Shown: positions 22,891-35,271 of the stretch, piece after piece
How positions within the stretch are numbered: position 1 is the stretch's first letter
How the letters are laid out: each line of letters opens with the position of its first letter
NCBI GenBank assembly: GCA_963845535.1
Contig: CAWJSK010000015.1
Coordinates: forward strand, 384,001-448,000
Direction of reading: 5' to 3'
DNA from: an uncultured Spirochaetota bacterium
GTDB taxonomy: Bacteria > Spirochaetota > Spirochaetia > SZUA-6 > Fen-1364
Length of the DNA stretch: 64,000 nucleotides
Translations under genes and position numbers: made by a program
The notes under the pieces: generated by a model
What the model was told of the DNA's origin: nothing
Seen by the model: the letters and a program-made list of their open reading frames with translations, nothing else
Database searches by the model: none

Positions 22891-23736
22891 GTGAGCGCAA
22901 CCGACGGGCGGTTTCGGTTCGTCCTTTCCAACGGGATCGAGGCCCTGAATGGAGGGCTTTTCGTGTCCCCCGGTTTCGGAATCCATCCCACGCGCGTCAT
23001 AGATTCTCATGAGCTGATCTTCGTGGCACAGGGCAGCCTCGACATGTTCGAAGAGAACGACAACCTTCACGCGGCTGCCAACCAGGCGCTCCTGCTTTTC
23101 CCGGGCCACAGGCACGGAGGACGTCTTCCCTACGCCCCTGACCTCCACTTCTACTGGGTCCATTTCCGCGTTCATGAGACCTCCGCGCCCCGCTCCACCA
23201 TGCGGGTGCCGCGCGTGGCGGACGTCCGCGACCCCGAGCTGCTGACGGAGATGTTCTGCCGTTTCATCTCGGACCAGGAGTCGGGAATCCTGGACCCGGT
23301 GAGCGCGGCCCACCTCGTGGCCTTGATGCTCGTTGAAGCGAGCGTCCTGGAGCGGGAATGGATGCCTCGGGCAGCCGCCCGGGCCCGGGAGCAAGCGCCC
23401 CTTGCCCATGAGATCCAGGCCTATATCGACAGGAACTTCCGGGAGCCCATCACCACCTCATCCATTGCGCGGGACTTCCGCCGCAGCGCCGACTACCTGG
23501 AGCGGGTGTTCCGCCGGCATCGCGACACATCCATCCTCGGAGCGGTGCATCTCAAGCGGATTGCCGTTGCGCGGGTCATGCTGCGCACGGAAGGCCGCAA
23601 GAACATCAATGAGATCGCCTTTGCCTGCGGATATTCCGATCCCGGGTATTTCCGCCGGATGTTCAAGCGGCTGACCGGCCTCTCCCCGAAAAAGTTCCGC
23701 TCCTTGTACAGCCGGATGCACATCAACGCCCACTGA
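22891..23736 (+). CDS. AraC family transcriptional regulator
   Basis: N-terminal cupin (HPTRVIDSHELIFV, FYWVHF); INEIAFACGYSDPGYFRRMFKRLTGLSPKKFR. Confidence 0.92.
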   Translation: MSATDGRFRFVLSNGIEALNGGLFVSPGFGIHPTRVIDSHELIFVAQGSLDMFEENDNLHAAANQALLLFPGHRHGGRLPYAPDLHFYWVHFRVHETSAPRSTMRVPRVADVRDPELLTEMFCRFISDQESGILDPVSAAHLVALMLVEASVLEREWMPRAAARAREQAPLAHEIQAYIDRNFREPITTSSIARDFRRSADYLERVFRRHRDTSILGAVHLKRIAVARVMLRTEGRKNINEIAFACGYSDPGYFRRMFKRLTGLSPKKFRSLYSRMHINAH

Positions 23737-23772
23737 TGGTCCTCGGGCGCGCAACGGTGTACAGTCGAGCCC

Positions 23773-25135
23773 GTGGACCGGAAAAGCGTTGACCACCGAA
23801 GTGACCTCGTGACAATTGCCCGGGCGTCCCTGGCCGCGGTGGACCCGCGCGCAATCGTCGCGCGGAGCCTGCGAGTCGAGGGCAACTTCGTGCGCATCAG
23901 CGTCGCCGGCGCCGCTCGTGACTTCGACCTCTCAGGGTTTTCGAATGTTTTCGTTCTGGGCTTCGGAAAAGCAGACCGGGCTCATGGCGCAGGCGGCGGA
24001 AGACGCGCTGGGGTCTCGAATAACGAAGGGACTGATCGTCGTCAAGCCCGGTCAGGAAGCGCCGCTCCAGAGGATTCGACAGGTCTGCGGCGGACACCCG
24101 GTGCCGGATGAAAACAGCGTGCGCGCCGCGCGGATGATGGCGGACCTGGCAGGCGAAGCGGATGCTCGAACGCTCGTCATCACACTGATCTCAGGAGGCG
24201 GTTCCTCCCTTCTTGGCTCGCCCCGCGGAGCGGGCGTAACGCTGGCCGACATCCAGGAGACCAACCGGCAACTCCTGTCATGCGGGGCCGAGATCGCTGA
24301 AATCAACTGCATCCGCAAGCACCTCCTCCTGCTTGCCGGCGGCGGGTTGTCACGGCGCATCTGGCCGGCCACGTCCGCCAACATCGTTCTCTCCGATGTG
24401 GTGGGGGACGACCTCCCGACGGTTGCTTCCGGGCCGACCTGCCCTGACGCGACGACATACGGGCAGGCCCTTTCCATCATTGAACGTTACGGGATCTCCG
24501 CGGCTCTTCCGAGCGCGGTCCGTGAGCATCTTCAGGCGGGCAAAGAAGGGAAGATTCCTGAAACCCCGAAGCCGGGAACCGCGGAGCTCTCCTCCTCTTT
24601 CAACTTCCTGGCGGGCACAAACCTGCTTGCGCTGGAAGCCGCCGCTGCAGAGGCGAAGCGCCTCGGGTACAACTCCCTCGTTCTGACCTCGCGCCTTGCT
24701 GGCGAGGCGAGGGAGGCCGCGCGCGTGTTGGCCGCCATTGCCGGGAACGTGGCGGCCTCGGGCGTTCCCTGCCCCCGTCCCGCGTGCCTGCTGAGCGGCG
24801 GTGAAACCACCGTGACCGTTCGGGGCGGCGGGAAGGGCGGGAGGAACCAGGAGCTGGCGCTGGCGTTTCTTCTCGAGATGGAGAAGGATCCGACCCTGTT
24901 TGCTGACGCTTCTCTCCTTTCATTTTCAACCGATGGCGAAGACGGTCCGACCGACGCGGCCGGCGGCTTTGCGTTTCCTTCGATGGTCGGGGAAGCTTGC
25001 GCCGGGCATCTCGACGTTGCCGACGCCCTTCGGCAAAATGATTCCAACACACTCCTTGAGAAGCTCGGCGGCCTGTTCACAACGGGCCCTACGGGCACGA
25101 ACGTCTGCGACCTGCAGATCGTATTGATTCGCTGA
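23773..25135 (+). CDS. Glycerate 2-kinase (DUF4147/MOFRL), frameshift near 23974
   Basis: The N-terminus ...VLGFGKA is in one frame. GLMAQAAE, GHPVPDENS, LISGGGSSL, SDVVGDD, GGETTV, GGRNQE, TDGEDG and TGTNVCD are in the next frame. Confidence 0.88.
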
Positions 25136-25173
25136 CCGCCCAAGGAAACCGCAAAGCCGCGAGGAGCGACCCC

Positions 25174-26379
25174 CTAAAAGACCTGGAAGGTGTTCTTTCC
25201 CTCCGCCTTTGCGCGGTACATGGCGAGGTCGGCGTTCTGGATGAGGACGTCGGGATCCGCGGTGTCCTCCGCAAGCATCGAGATGCCAATGCTGGAGGTG
25301 ACCCGTACCTCGTTCTGTCCAACCGTCACCGGCTGCGAAATCCGATCCAGGAGCTTCCGCGCAATGGGGCCAACCGACTCGGTGTCCTGAAGGCTTCCGA
25401 GGATGACCGTGAACTCATCCCCGCCCAGCCGGGCCACGACGTCCGTCTCCCGCACGGTACATCGTATTCTTTTTCCGATCTCCTGCAGGAGCTGGTCACC
25501 GGCCTGATGACCAAAGGTGTCGTTCACTTCCTTGAAGGAGTCCAGGTCGATGAACATCACCCCGACCCCCTCGTTCCTCCGCCGTGCGCTCTTGAGCGCG
25601 CGCCCGAGAAGGTCATGGAATTGGCGACGGTTTGCGAGCCCGGTCAGGCTGTCGAAATGAGCCATGTGGTAGAGCTGCTCATCCGATTTCTTCATGGGCG
25701 TGATGTCGGAGAAGATGGCCACGAACCTGCGGATCTCTCCACGTTCGTCCGCCACCGGGCTGACGGACAGCCACTTCGGATAGACGGTCCCGTTTTTCCT
25801 GCGGTCCCACACCTCGCCGCGCCAGCTCCCGCGGATCCTCACGATTTCCCAGATTCCCTCGTAGAAACCGGTTTCCTGCGGGCCCGTGTGGAGGCTCATC
25901 ACCGGTTCCCCCAGGACCTCCTCCCGACCGTAGCCCGTGATTGCGGAGAAAGCCCTGTTGATCTCGATGATGCGGAAGTCTGTGTCGGTGATCATGATCC
26001 CTTCGGTGGTGTTGTCGATGACCTGTGCGTTCAACCGGAGCTTCTCTTCCACGTGCCGCCGTCTCGTCACGTCCATCCCGTACACGTTGATGCATCCGCT
26101 TCCGCCATCGATGGCGACGATGTGGAGAAGCAGCGTCTTGACGCCAATGGTGATCTCCACCTCTTTCTCCCGCCGGCTTTCGAGGACGTGCTGAATGATG
26201 TCCTTCCATTCCAGGGGTATGATGTCACCGATCTTTGTCTTCCAATACTCCATGAGCAGCCAGCTTCCCTTGTTCGCATACAGGAGCTTCCCGTCATGGG
26301 AGACGCAGAGGACAGGATTAGGGTTCTCCTCGAGGACCATCTGCATGAATTGGACGTGCTCGTCCTGCTCATTCTCCAT
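25174..26379 (-). CDS. PAS-PAS-GGDEF diguanylate cyclase
   Basis: PAS motifs (INRAFSAITGY, WRGEVWDRRKNG); DSLTGLANR, FIDLDSFKEVNDTFGH, RLGGDEF, ADLAMYRAK. Confidence 0.92.
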   Translation of the reverse strand: MENEQDEHVQFMQMVLEENPNPVLCVSHDGKLLYANKGSWLLMEYWKTKIGDIIPLEWKDIIQHVLESRREKEVEITIGVKTLLLHIVAIDGGSGCINVYGMDVTRRRHVEEKLRLNAQVIDNTTEGIMITDTDFRIIEINRAFSAITGYGREEVLGEPVMSLHTGPQETGFYEGIWEIVRIRGSWRGEVWDRRKNGTVYPKWLSVSPVADERGEIRRFVAIFSDITPMKKSDEQLYHMAHFDSLTGLANRRQFHDLLGRALKSARRRNEGVGVMFIDLDSFKEVNDTFGHQAGDQLLQEIGKRIRCTVRETDVVARLGGDEFTVILGSLQDTESVGPIARKLLDRISQPVTVGQNEVRVTSSIGISMLAEDTADPDVLIQNADLAMYRAKAEGKNTFQVF

Positions 26380-26687
26380 TGGGTATTTTTCTCCCCGAGG
26401 GAATAATAACGGCTTTGACAGAATGCAGGGAATATATATACCGAAAAATGACTGAATATTTACAACGTAACTTAAGCAAAAATGACAATTCTCTACAATT
26501 CTGGAGGCCCTGCCCGAGAGGGCCTTGCCGACGCAGATCCACCCCTTCGACCCGCTCGTTCCCGCGGATGCGTGAGACGACGTGGCGGAGGTAGAGAGGA
26601 ATGGCGGAGGCGCACGCCGTTCTTGCACGCCGACTCCACGCGGTTACGCTTGACTCCTCCAGCCCGGGAGCAGCATTTTTGCACATT

Positions 26688-27083
26688 ATGGAAGATATTG
26701 GGAAACTCATCCTCCGCCTGACCACCGCGGGACTGATCCTGTTCCACGGGACAGCCAAGATCATTCACGGGGTCTCGTTCATCGGCGGGGCGCTTGCCTC
26801 GCACGGCGTTCCGTCTTTCATTGCCTACCTTGTGTACGCCGGCGAGGTCATTGCCCCGCTGTTCATCATCGTCGGCCTCTGGACGAGGGTCGCCTCCCTG
26901 GTGGTGATCATCAACATGATCGTGGCAATTGCGCTGGAAGCCTACCGGAATACCCTGGTGATCCGGCAGACCGGTGCCTGGGGGCTGGAGACGGAAGCGT
27001 TCTATCTGCTGACGGCTCTCGTCATTTTCCTTATTGGCGCCGGGAAATACAGCGTGATGCAGGAAAAAGGCTCCCTGATGTAG
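26688..27083 (+). CDS. DoxX family membrane protein
   Basis: GKLILRL...LFHGTAKI...GEVIAPLFIIVGLWTR...GAGKYS. Confidence 0.85.
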   Translation: MEDIGKLILRLTTAGLILFHGTAKIIHGVSFIGGALASHGVPSFIAYLVYAGEVIAPLFIIVGLWTRVASLVVIINMIVAIALEAYRNTLVIRQTGAWGLETEAFYLLTALVIFLIGAGKYSVMQEKGSLM

Positions 27084-27097
27084 ATCGCGCCCCGGGC

Positions 27098-28663
27098 TCA
27101 CACGAACTGCGCCGAGGTCTGCCGATATTGCTCGGGGTCGAGGAGATGCTCCATGAGCTTCATCCTCTGGCGTACGTCGTCTTCGAGCTTCGTCTCCTTG
27201 CCGACGAACATGACGATGAAGTCATCCTGAAAAAGCATCCCGGTGGTGAAGCAGACGGTGGCCGCGGCGCTGAGGGCTTCGGCAACCGTCTTGCCCGCCA
27301 GGGAAGTTCCCGCCCGGAAGCGTTCATTCTCATGAGGGAGGGAAAATGCCTTGCCGCGAAGAACGATGGGCTGAAGCGCCTCGATGGTTTCCGCCGCCTG
27401 GCCCGCGGGGAGCTTGCTGGGGCTCACTCGCAAGGACAGCACCTTCGATATCGTCTGGCCGACATCCACGAGGCATCCGACGCTCTCACCAATGAGGTCC
27501 GTCACCTCTCCCTCGTTCCCCGCGGCTTCGAGCCTCGCGCTTTTCAGGTGCAGATAGCGGTGGAGGGGGAATCGGGTGAGGTGAAATACGTCTTTTTCCA
27601 GTTTTCCCGCCAGAGTTCGAAGCCGTGTGAGCTCCAGCTCGAAGAACGAGCGCGCGAAGACGGTGGCCCTTCCCTCCGAGAGCAGGCATGATCCTCCCAA
27701 GAGCGGGGAAAAGGTCCGGTCGAAGCCGCGGATGAGCCGCGAGAGGAAAGGCACGAGGTTTTCCTGGTCCGCGTCGAAGTCAAGCGGCTCGCGCGACTCT
27801 CCCGCCTTGTAGATCTCCCAAAGCGCCGCAGCCACGGGCCGTGCCTGATCATCCACGGCGATATACCGATTGACCCGGCGCGCCTCCTGCAGCTGGCCAT
27901 GCAGCTCCTTCATCGAGGAAAGGGCGTCGGAAAGGTACGCTTCAATACGCTCCTGCACGCGGGGCTCGCAGTCGAAGCCGATAATGTCCACCGTCTCCCC
28001 GAGCCCCTGCCGCATGAGGTCGTGGAGAGAGAGGAACCGGCGGTGCTTGAAGATGTTGAAGCCGATCAGGCAGTTGTGCAGCGAGGGCAGCGTGCAGTCC
28101 TCCGTCAGGAGACGGATGACCAGCGCGTGCGACGAATCCACCTCTCCTTGTCCTTCCTGTTGCTTCTCATGGTGGGCGCGCAGCGCGGAGAGGATCACGC
28201 CAAGGTTCTCCGGGTCCTGCTGCAGCAGCAGAAAGAGGCTCTCGATGCGCCGGAGCCTGTCGATAAGGTTCCTGTCCCGCAGGTTGAGCCGCGCGAAATC
28301 AAAGGCCTGAAGCCGGCTGCACAGTTTCGACAGGAGCGCAATGAGATTGTACTGCCGGGGGGTCAGGTAGAGCCAGCCGTTTTCCAGCACGGGGGCAAGG
28401 CGGGAGGAAAGCTCCACTGCCCAGGGTTGGACCTGCCGGGACAGGAACGCCGTGAGCTGCGCGTCGAGAGTCATCCCCGGAGGCCAGAGACCCGCGGCAA
28501 GGACGTGGGTGCGGGAGCCGAACTCCCTCACCTTTCCGCGTTCCCGCAGGAGGTATGCCACGTAGGACCGTGTCTCGATTGCAGGCTTGATTGCGCGGCT
28601 CACGCGGCTCACGTGGGTTCGGGCCGCGAGGTATCTTCCCTCCGATGAGCCGCTGTCACTCAC
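27098..28663 (-). CDS. Hypothetical protein (helical, 521 aa)
   Basis: Long ORF with host-like codon usage; no motif recognised. Confidence 0.65.
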   Translation of the reverse strand: MSDSGSSEGRYLAARTHVSRVSRAIKPAIETRSYVAYLLRERGKVREFGSRTHVLAAGLWPPGMTLDAQLTAFLSRQVQPWAVELSSRLAPVLENGWLYLTPRQYNLIALLSKLCSRLQAFDFARLNLRDRNLIDRLRRIESLFLLLQQDPENLGVILSALRAHHEKQQEGQGEVDSSHALVIRLLTEDCTLPSLHNCLIGFNIFKHRRFLSLHDLMRQGLGETVDIIGFDCEPRVQERIEAYLSDALSSMKELHGQLQEARRVNRYIAVDDQARPVAAALWEIYKAGESREPLDFDADQENLVPFLSRLIRGFDRTFSPLLGGSCLLSEGRATVFARSFFELELTRLRTLAGKLEKDVFHLTRFPLHRYLHLKSARLEAAGNEGEVTDLIGESVGCLVDVGQTISKVLSLRVSPSKLPAGQAAETIEALQPIVLRGKAFSLPHENERFRAGTSLAGKTVAEALSAAATVCFTTGMLFQDDFIVMFVGKETKLEDDVRQRMKLMEHLLDPEQYRQTSAQFV

Positions 28664-28694
28664 GTGTGTCAGCCCGCGTCCGGCCCGCGCCTGT

Positions 28695-28850
28695 CTACGG
28701 CTTCAGGTCGGGATTGCCCGGGCCGAAGTGCTTCGCCGCGTTTTCCGTCACGCCGGGAATGCAGAATGACCGAGGCACCCAGTTCGGAGCCAGCCGCAGG
28801 ATGCCTTTGCTTTGCTCGAGAGCTTTTTGAACTGTCGATGTGACCGACAT
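28695..28850 (-). pseudogene. Internally deleted relic of a conserved sugar-locus protein (putative cupin/isomerase-like)
   Basis: RBS CAGGGGGG, then MSVTSTVQKALEQSKGILRLAPNWVPRSFCIPG-VTENAA-KHFGPGNPDLKP*. From recall, these are the N- and C-terminal signatures of a ~400-aa family, joined here in 51 codons. Confidence 0.6.
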
Positions 28851-28875
28851 GGCGTCCCCCCTGTCGGAGCTTACA

Positions 28876-29844
28876 CTACTGGAAAGCCCGGCGCGCGTCC
28901 AGTTGCGCAAGGAACTCCCGTACCGTTTTTGCGATTGATGGTCCGGTGATTCCATAGTGGGCGAACAGCTCCGCGGAGCTGCCCGCGGGGACGAACTCGT
29001 CAGGGAACGCGATCATCTTCATGGGAACGGGCCGGCTCTGGACAACGATCTCCGCCACGGCCGCCCCCAACCCGCCGTGGATGCCGTGCTCCTCAACGGT
29101 GACGATGCTTCCGGTCTCTTTCGCCGCCGCAACCACCGCCTCGGAGTCGATTGGTTTCAACGTGGGCATGTCGAGGAGCCGCGCTTTCACCCCAGCGCGC
29201 GCAAGCTCGTCCGCTGCTTTCAGCGCGTGGAAGACAGCCTCCCCGGCGGCAATGATCGTGCAGTCTCTTCCTTCGCGGAGCAGACCGGCTTTCCCGAAAG
29301 CAAAGCAGGCAGAGCCGTCCGCATAAACGTCCGGAACCGGGGTGCGTCCGACCCTCATATAGGCGGGTCCGTCATGCACGGCAAGGAACCGTGTGACCTC
29401 CCTTGTCTGCGCGTTGTCACACGGGAGGAGCACGGTGAGGTTCGGGATGGCCCGCATGAACGCAATGTCATGGAGGGAATGATGCGTGCTCCCCAGCGCG
29501 CCGTAGCTCACTCCGCCGCTCACGCCAATGATCTTCACGTTGGAGTTGGCGTAGGCAACGTCATTCTTGACCTGTTCGATGGCCCGGGCCGAATAGAAAG
29601 AAGCGGGGCCGCACACGAACGGGCGTTTGCCGCTACGCGCCAGCCCGGCTGAAACGCCAACGGTGTTCTGCTCCGCGATCCCCAGCTCGAGGAACTGCCG
29701 CGGCAGGCTCTTTTCAAAATCCCCCAGCGTCACGGAGCCCTTTGCGTCGGAGGTCACGGCCATGATGCGCGCGTCCTTGCGCGCCATCTCCAGCAGCGTT
29801 TCCGTGAAGGCGTGCCTGCAGCTTTTTCCCGGCGCACTCGACAT
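28876..29844 (-). CDS. Split transketolase, C-terminal subunit (apulose-4-phosphate transketolase B-like)
   Basis: ELGIAEQN, GVSYGALGSTHHSLHD, TLKPID, TVEEH motifs. Confidence 0.9.
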   Translation of the reverse strand: MSSAPGKSCRHAFTETLLEMARKDARIMAVTSDAKGSVTLGDFEKSLPRQFLELGIAEQNTVGVSAGLARSGKRPFVCGPASFYSARAIEQVKNDVAYANSNVKIIGVSGGVSYGALGSTHHSLHDIAFMRAIPNLTVLLPCDNAQTREVTRFLAVHDGPAYMRVGRTPVPDVYADGSACFAFGKAGLLREGRDCTIIAAGEAVFHALKAADELARAGVKARLLDMPTLKPIDSEAVVAAAKETGSIVTVEEHGIHGGLGAAVAEIVVQSRPVPMKMIAFPDEFVPAGSSAELFAHYGITGPSIAKTVREFLAQLDARRAFQ

Positions 29845-29847
29845 GGC

Positions 29848-30690
29848 TTACCGGCCTCCCGCCAGGGATGCGGCAAGCTCGGCCTGCGCCTTTGCATATT
29901 CCTCCGGGGTGGGCACTCGGTGATGCCACGCCGCGTTGTTTTCCATGAACGAAACCCCCTTGCCCTTGACGGTGTGGGCAATCACAAGGTGCGGCTTCTC
30001 GGGATCATCGGGGAGCCGGTCAAAAAGCCGCGTAAGCGCCAGGATGTCATTCCCGTCCACCTCGTGGATTTTCCAGCCGAAGCTCGACCATCGCTCGCTC
30101 AGGGAGGCAATGCGCATGATGGAGTCAACGTTCCCGCTGATCTGCAGGTTGTTGTTGTCGATGATGCCGATGAGGTTGCCGAGGCGGTAGTGGGAAGCCG
30201 CCATGGCGGCCTCCCAGACGCTTCCTTCCGCCTGCTCTCCGTCCCCCATGAGGACGTAGACCTTGTAGGCGGCCCCATCCCGCGCGCCCGCAATCGCCAT
30301 CCCGACGCCCACCGACAATCCGTGCCCCAGCGCGCCGGTGGGGATCTCAACGCCGGGAGTCTTCATTGTGGGATGCCCGAAGAGGCGGGAATTGAACTTG
30401 CCGTAGGTGTCCAGCTCTTTGTCGGGAAAGTAGCCGGCCTCCGCGAGCACGCAGTAGTAGCCTTCCACGCTGTGGCCCTTGCTCATGACAAAGCGGTCAC
30501 GCTCCGGCCACAAAGGGTCCTCCGGGTGGTGCTTCATGACGTGAAAATAGAGCGTGACAAGAATGTCCAGGGACGAAAGGGAGCCGCCCGTGTGGCCTCC
30601 GCCCGCGCCGTAGATGATTTCAAGGAGCCTCTGCCTCAGCGTGACCGAGAGGCGTCGAAGGTCTTTCACGGATTTCTTCTCTTCCTTCAA
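29848..30690 (-). CDS. Split transketolase, N-terminal subunit (apulose-4-phosphate transketolase A-like)
   Basis: GHTGGSLS, DRFVMSKGH, TGALGHG, ThDP motif GDGE...DNN, HTVKGKG. Confidence 0.9.
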   Translation of the reverse strand: MKEEKKSVKDLRRLSVTLRQRLLEIIYGAGGGHTGGSLSSLDILVTLYFHVMKHHPEDPLWPERDRFVMSKGHSVEGYYCVLAEAGYFPDKELDTYGKFNSRLFGHPTMKTPGVEIPTGALGHGLSVGVGMAIAGARDGAAYKVYVLMGDGEQAEGSVWEAAMAASHYRLGNLIGIIDNNNLQISGNVDSIMRIASLSERWSSFGWKIHEVDGNDILALTRLFDRLPDDPEKPHLVIAHTVKGKGVSFMENNAAWHHRVPTPEEYAKAQAELAASLAGGR

Positions 30691-30697
30691 TACATTG

Positions 30698-30736
30698 GGG
30701 CGATCCGGGGAAGAGGGTCCTCCCCGGACTGCGCCC
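30698..30736 (-). other. Intercistronic stem-loop after the binding-protein gene
   Basis: TCCGGGGA (30704-30711) pairs with TCCCCGGA (30721-30728); outer GGGCG/CGCCC arms. Confidence 0.5.
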
Positions 30737-30741
30737 GTGGA

Positions 30742-32858
<2,117 letters not shown>

Positions 32859-32879
32859 AGACTGCAACCCTCTCACCCG

Positions 32880-34409
32880 TCAGATTTTTGAGCCGTTGCC
32901 GGCCCGGTCTTTTGCGGACGCGTTCACGAGGTCCGCTTCCGTGTACGCCCCACGTCGGAAATCTCCCGTGAGCCTTCCCCGCGCCATCACGAGCACCCGG
33001 TCGGAGAGCGCGGTGATCTCCTTCAGCTCGGAGGAAGCGAACAGGATCCCTATCCCGCCGCGAGCCAGGTCGTTCATGATCACGAAGATCTCGGACTTCG
33101 AGTTCACGTCAATGCCCCGTGTCGGCTCGTCCATGAGAAGGACCTTGGGCCGCGTCAGGAGCGCCTTGGCCACAACCACCTTCTGCTGGTTTCCGCCGCT
33201 CAGGGCGGTGATCAGCTGCTCCGGGGAGGAAACCCGTATGGAAAGGTCGGCGAGCATTTTCAGGATTTCCGCGGCCCCGGCCTTGCGGGGGAGCACGCCC
33301 ATGCGCGTATAGCTGGCCAGGCTGGCAAGCGTCATGTTGTTGGCCACGGTCATGGACTGCACTATTCCCGCGGCCTGCCTGTCCTCCGGCACCAGGATCA
33401 GCCCGAGGGCAATGCGCTCGTCCACGCTCATGCCCTGCGACACGCCTTGCTCATCCACGGTGACCTGCCCGCCCGCCTCCGGATGCAGCCCGATGAGGCA
33501 TTCGAGGAGCTCCGACCTTCCCGCGCCCATGAGGCCGTACAAGCCCACGATCTCTCCGGCGTGGACCTGGAAGGAAAAGTCCTCCACGTACATTCCACCC
33601 TCGGGCCGGGTGTAGGAGAGGGAGCGCACCTCCAGGATGACCTTGCGCGCCTCATGCTCCGCGCGCGGCAGGAAGGCGGAGAGGGTCTTCCCGACCATCT
33701 TCTCAATGATCCAGTTGATGTCCACCCTCTCCACGCGCTCTTCCGCCTGCACCTTGCCGTCACGCAGGACGGTGATGTAATCCCCGATCTGAAGCACCTC
33801 CTCCAGGCGGTGGGAGATGTAGATGATGGCAACGCCCTGGCTCTTGAGCTCCCGGATGACCCGAAAGAGGATGGCAACTTCGTTGCCCGTCAGGGCGGAG
33901 GTCGGTTCATCCATGATGAGGATCTTCACGTTCTGGACGAGCGCCTTGGCAATTGCCACGATCTGCTGCGCGCTCACCCCGAGGTCCCCGACTTTCCGGT
34001 CAGGGTCAATGCGGTGCTCAAGGCGGCCGAGGATCTGCGCTGCAATCTCTTTCTGCTTCTTGAAGTTGATGACGTTGCGCGGCGCGATCTCCCGGGTAAG
34101 GAACATGTTGTCGGAAACCGACATGTTGGCGCACAGGTCAAGCTCCTGGTAGATGATCCCGATCCCGTGGGCTTGCGCCTCAATGGGAGTGGGAAACCGC
34201 ACAGCCCTGCCGTCCATGGTGAGCGTGCCTTTCGTGGGCAGCTCCGCTCCCGCGATGATCTTCATGAGCGTTGACTTTCCCGCCCCGTTTTCCCCGACGA
34301 GGATGTTCACCTTGCCCGCGTACGTGTTGAAGTCAACGCCGCTCAAGGCCACGGTGCCGGGGAAGACCTTCGTAACCCCTTCGGCGCGAAGAACTACCTC
34401 CTCAGCCAT
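32880..34409 (-). CDS. Monosaccharide ABC ATP-binding protein (RbsA-like)
   Basis: GENGAGKSTL, MDEPTSAL, LSGGNQQKV, DEPTRGID. Confidence 0.95.
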   Translation of the reverse strand: MAEEVVLRAEGVTKVFPGTVALSGVDFNTYAGKVNILVGENGAGKSTLMKIIAGAELPTKGTLTMDGRAVRFPTPIEAQAHGIGIIYQELDLCANMSVSDNMFLTREIAPRNVINFKKQKEIAAQILGRLEHRIDPDRKVGDLGVSAQQIVAIAKALVQNVKILIMDEPTSALTGNEVAILFRVIRELKSQGVAIIYISHRLEEVLQIGDYITVLRDGKVQAEERVERVDINWIIEKMVGKTLSAFLPRAEHEARKVILEVRSLSYTRPEGGMYVEDFSFQVHAGEIVGLYGLMGAGRSELLECLIGLHPEAGGQVTVDEQGVSQGMSVDERIALGLILVPEDRQAAGIVQSMTVANNMTLASLASYTRMGVLPRKAGAAEILKMLADLSIRVSSPEQLITALSGGNQQKVVVAKALLTRPKVLLMDEPTRGIDVNSKSEIFVIMNDLARGGIGILFASSELKEITALSDRVLVMARGRLTGDFRRGAYTEADLVNASAKDRAGNGSKI

Positions 34410-34411
34410 GC

Positions 34412-35092
34412 CTACTCCGCGGAGACGATGACGGGTGTCACGAGGACATCCTTGGGGTTCGCCGTGTCATACGTGAAGGCGCCTTTCACCGAAATCCTCT
34501 TGCCAACGAGGTTCTTCAGGTCCAGCTTGGAAATCACGTCCTTTGCCACACGGCCGTTCAGCTCGTCCGAGACGCCGCCATATTGCATCTGGTTTGCGAA
34601 CTGTTCGAACGAGATGAACTTCACGGCGTCACGAAGCGCTGTGCCCAGGATGATGGGGCCTATCTGGAGCTTCACGGGCATGCGCCCGCCCGCGTAGTCG
34701 GCCTGCACGGTCACGGTGCCCGTGAGGGACTTCGTGTCCACCGCTGCCACCGTGCCGACGAACTGGACGAGGAAGTTGAAAGCGCCGCCGATGTTGTTGC
34801 CGTGTTGCTTCACGGCGTCCTCGGGGCTTTTCTGGATGGCGGGGAACAGCTCGTCAAGGCTGACTGCTTTCTGATCCACGGTGGGGATCACTTTGGACTC
34901 CCAGATGCCGTCCACGAACTTCACCCTGTCGAAGGCGGTCCCGCCCTCCATGACAGCCGCGAGGGACTGCGCGGAGCCGATTGGCTTCACCGTTGCCAGC
35001 AAGCCGGTGAACCACAAGATGACGAGAACCACGACGATCCCAACCGGGACAGCGACCCGCGTGTACTTGCGAGTTCCTGCGGCAGTAGCCAT
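34412..35092 (-). CDS. DUF2291-like periplasmic accessory protein
   Basis: N-terminal anchor; IWESKV, QIGPIILGTALRDA and FEQFANQMQY motifs; first gene of the ABC operon. Confidence 0.8.
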   Translation of the reverse strand: MATAAGTRKYTRVAVPVGIVVVLVILWFTGLLATVKPIGSAQSLAAVMEGGTAFDRVKFVDGIWESKVIPTVDQKAVSLDELFPAIQKSPEDAVKQHGNNIGGAFNFLVQFVGTVAAVDTKSLTGTVTVQADYAGGRMPVKLQIGPIILGTALRDAVKFISFEQFANQMQYGGVSDELNGRVAKDVISKLDLKNLVGKRISVKGAFTYDTANPKDVLVTPVIVSAE

Positions 35093-35138
35093 ATCGTATT
35101 GCTCCTGGGGATATAGCGCTTCGCGCGATCCGTTCTAG

Positions 35139-35260
35139 AGCGTAATCATGGCCGGAGCGGGTTGTCAAGAAAAAAATCGAAAATATTCGTAAATATTACG
35201 TAGGAATGTTTTCAGTAATTTTCGATTCCTTTTGACAGCAGAAAAGCTCTATGGTAAGAT
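35139..35260. promoter_or_regulatory. Divergent sigma70 promoters with central operator-like repeats
   Basis: + strand: TTGACA(35232)-17-TAAGAT(35255), preceded by TG. - strand: TTGACA(35168)-18-TACGCT. Inverted repeat AATCGAAAAT (35175-84)/ATTTTCGATT (35218-27); tandem CGAAAATATT-CGTAAATATT. Confidence 0.7.
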
Positions 35261-35271
35261 AAACCAAAGGG

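Noticed and set aside
26380..26687. Riboswitch or ncRNA in the intergenic region by the diguanylate cyclase
   Set aside because: It contains an AT-rich promoter-like patch and short GC hairpins, but no c-di-GMP or other riboswitch consensus that I can recognise; an Rfam scan would settle it.
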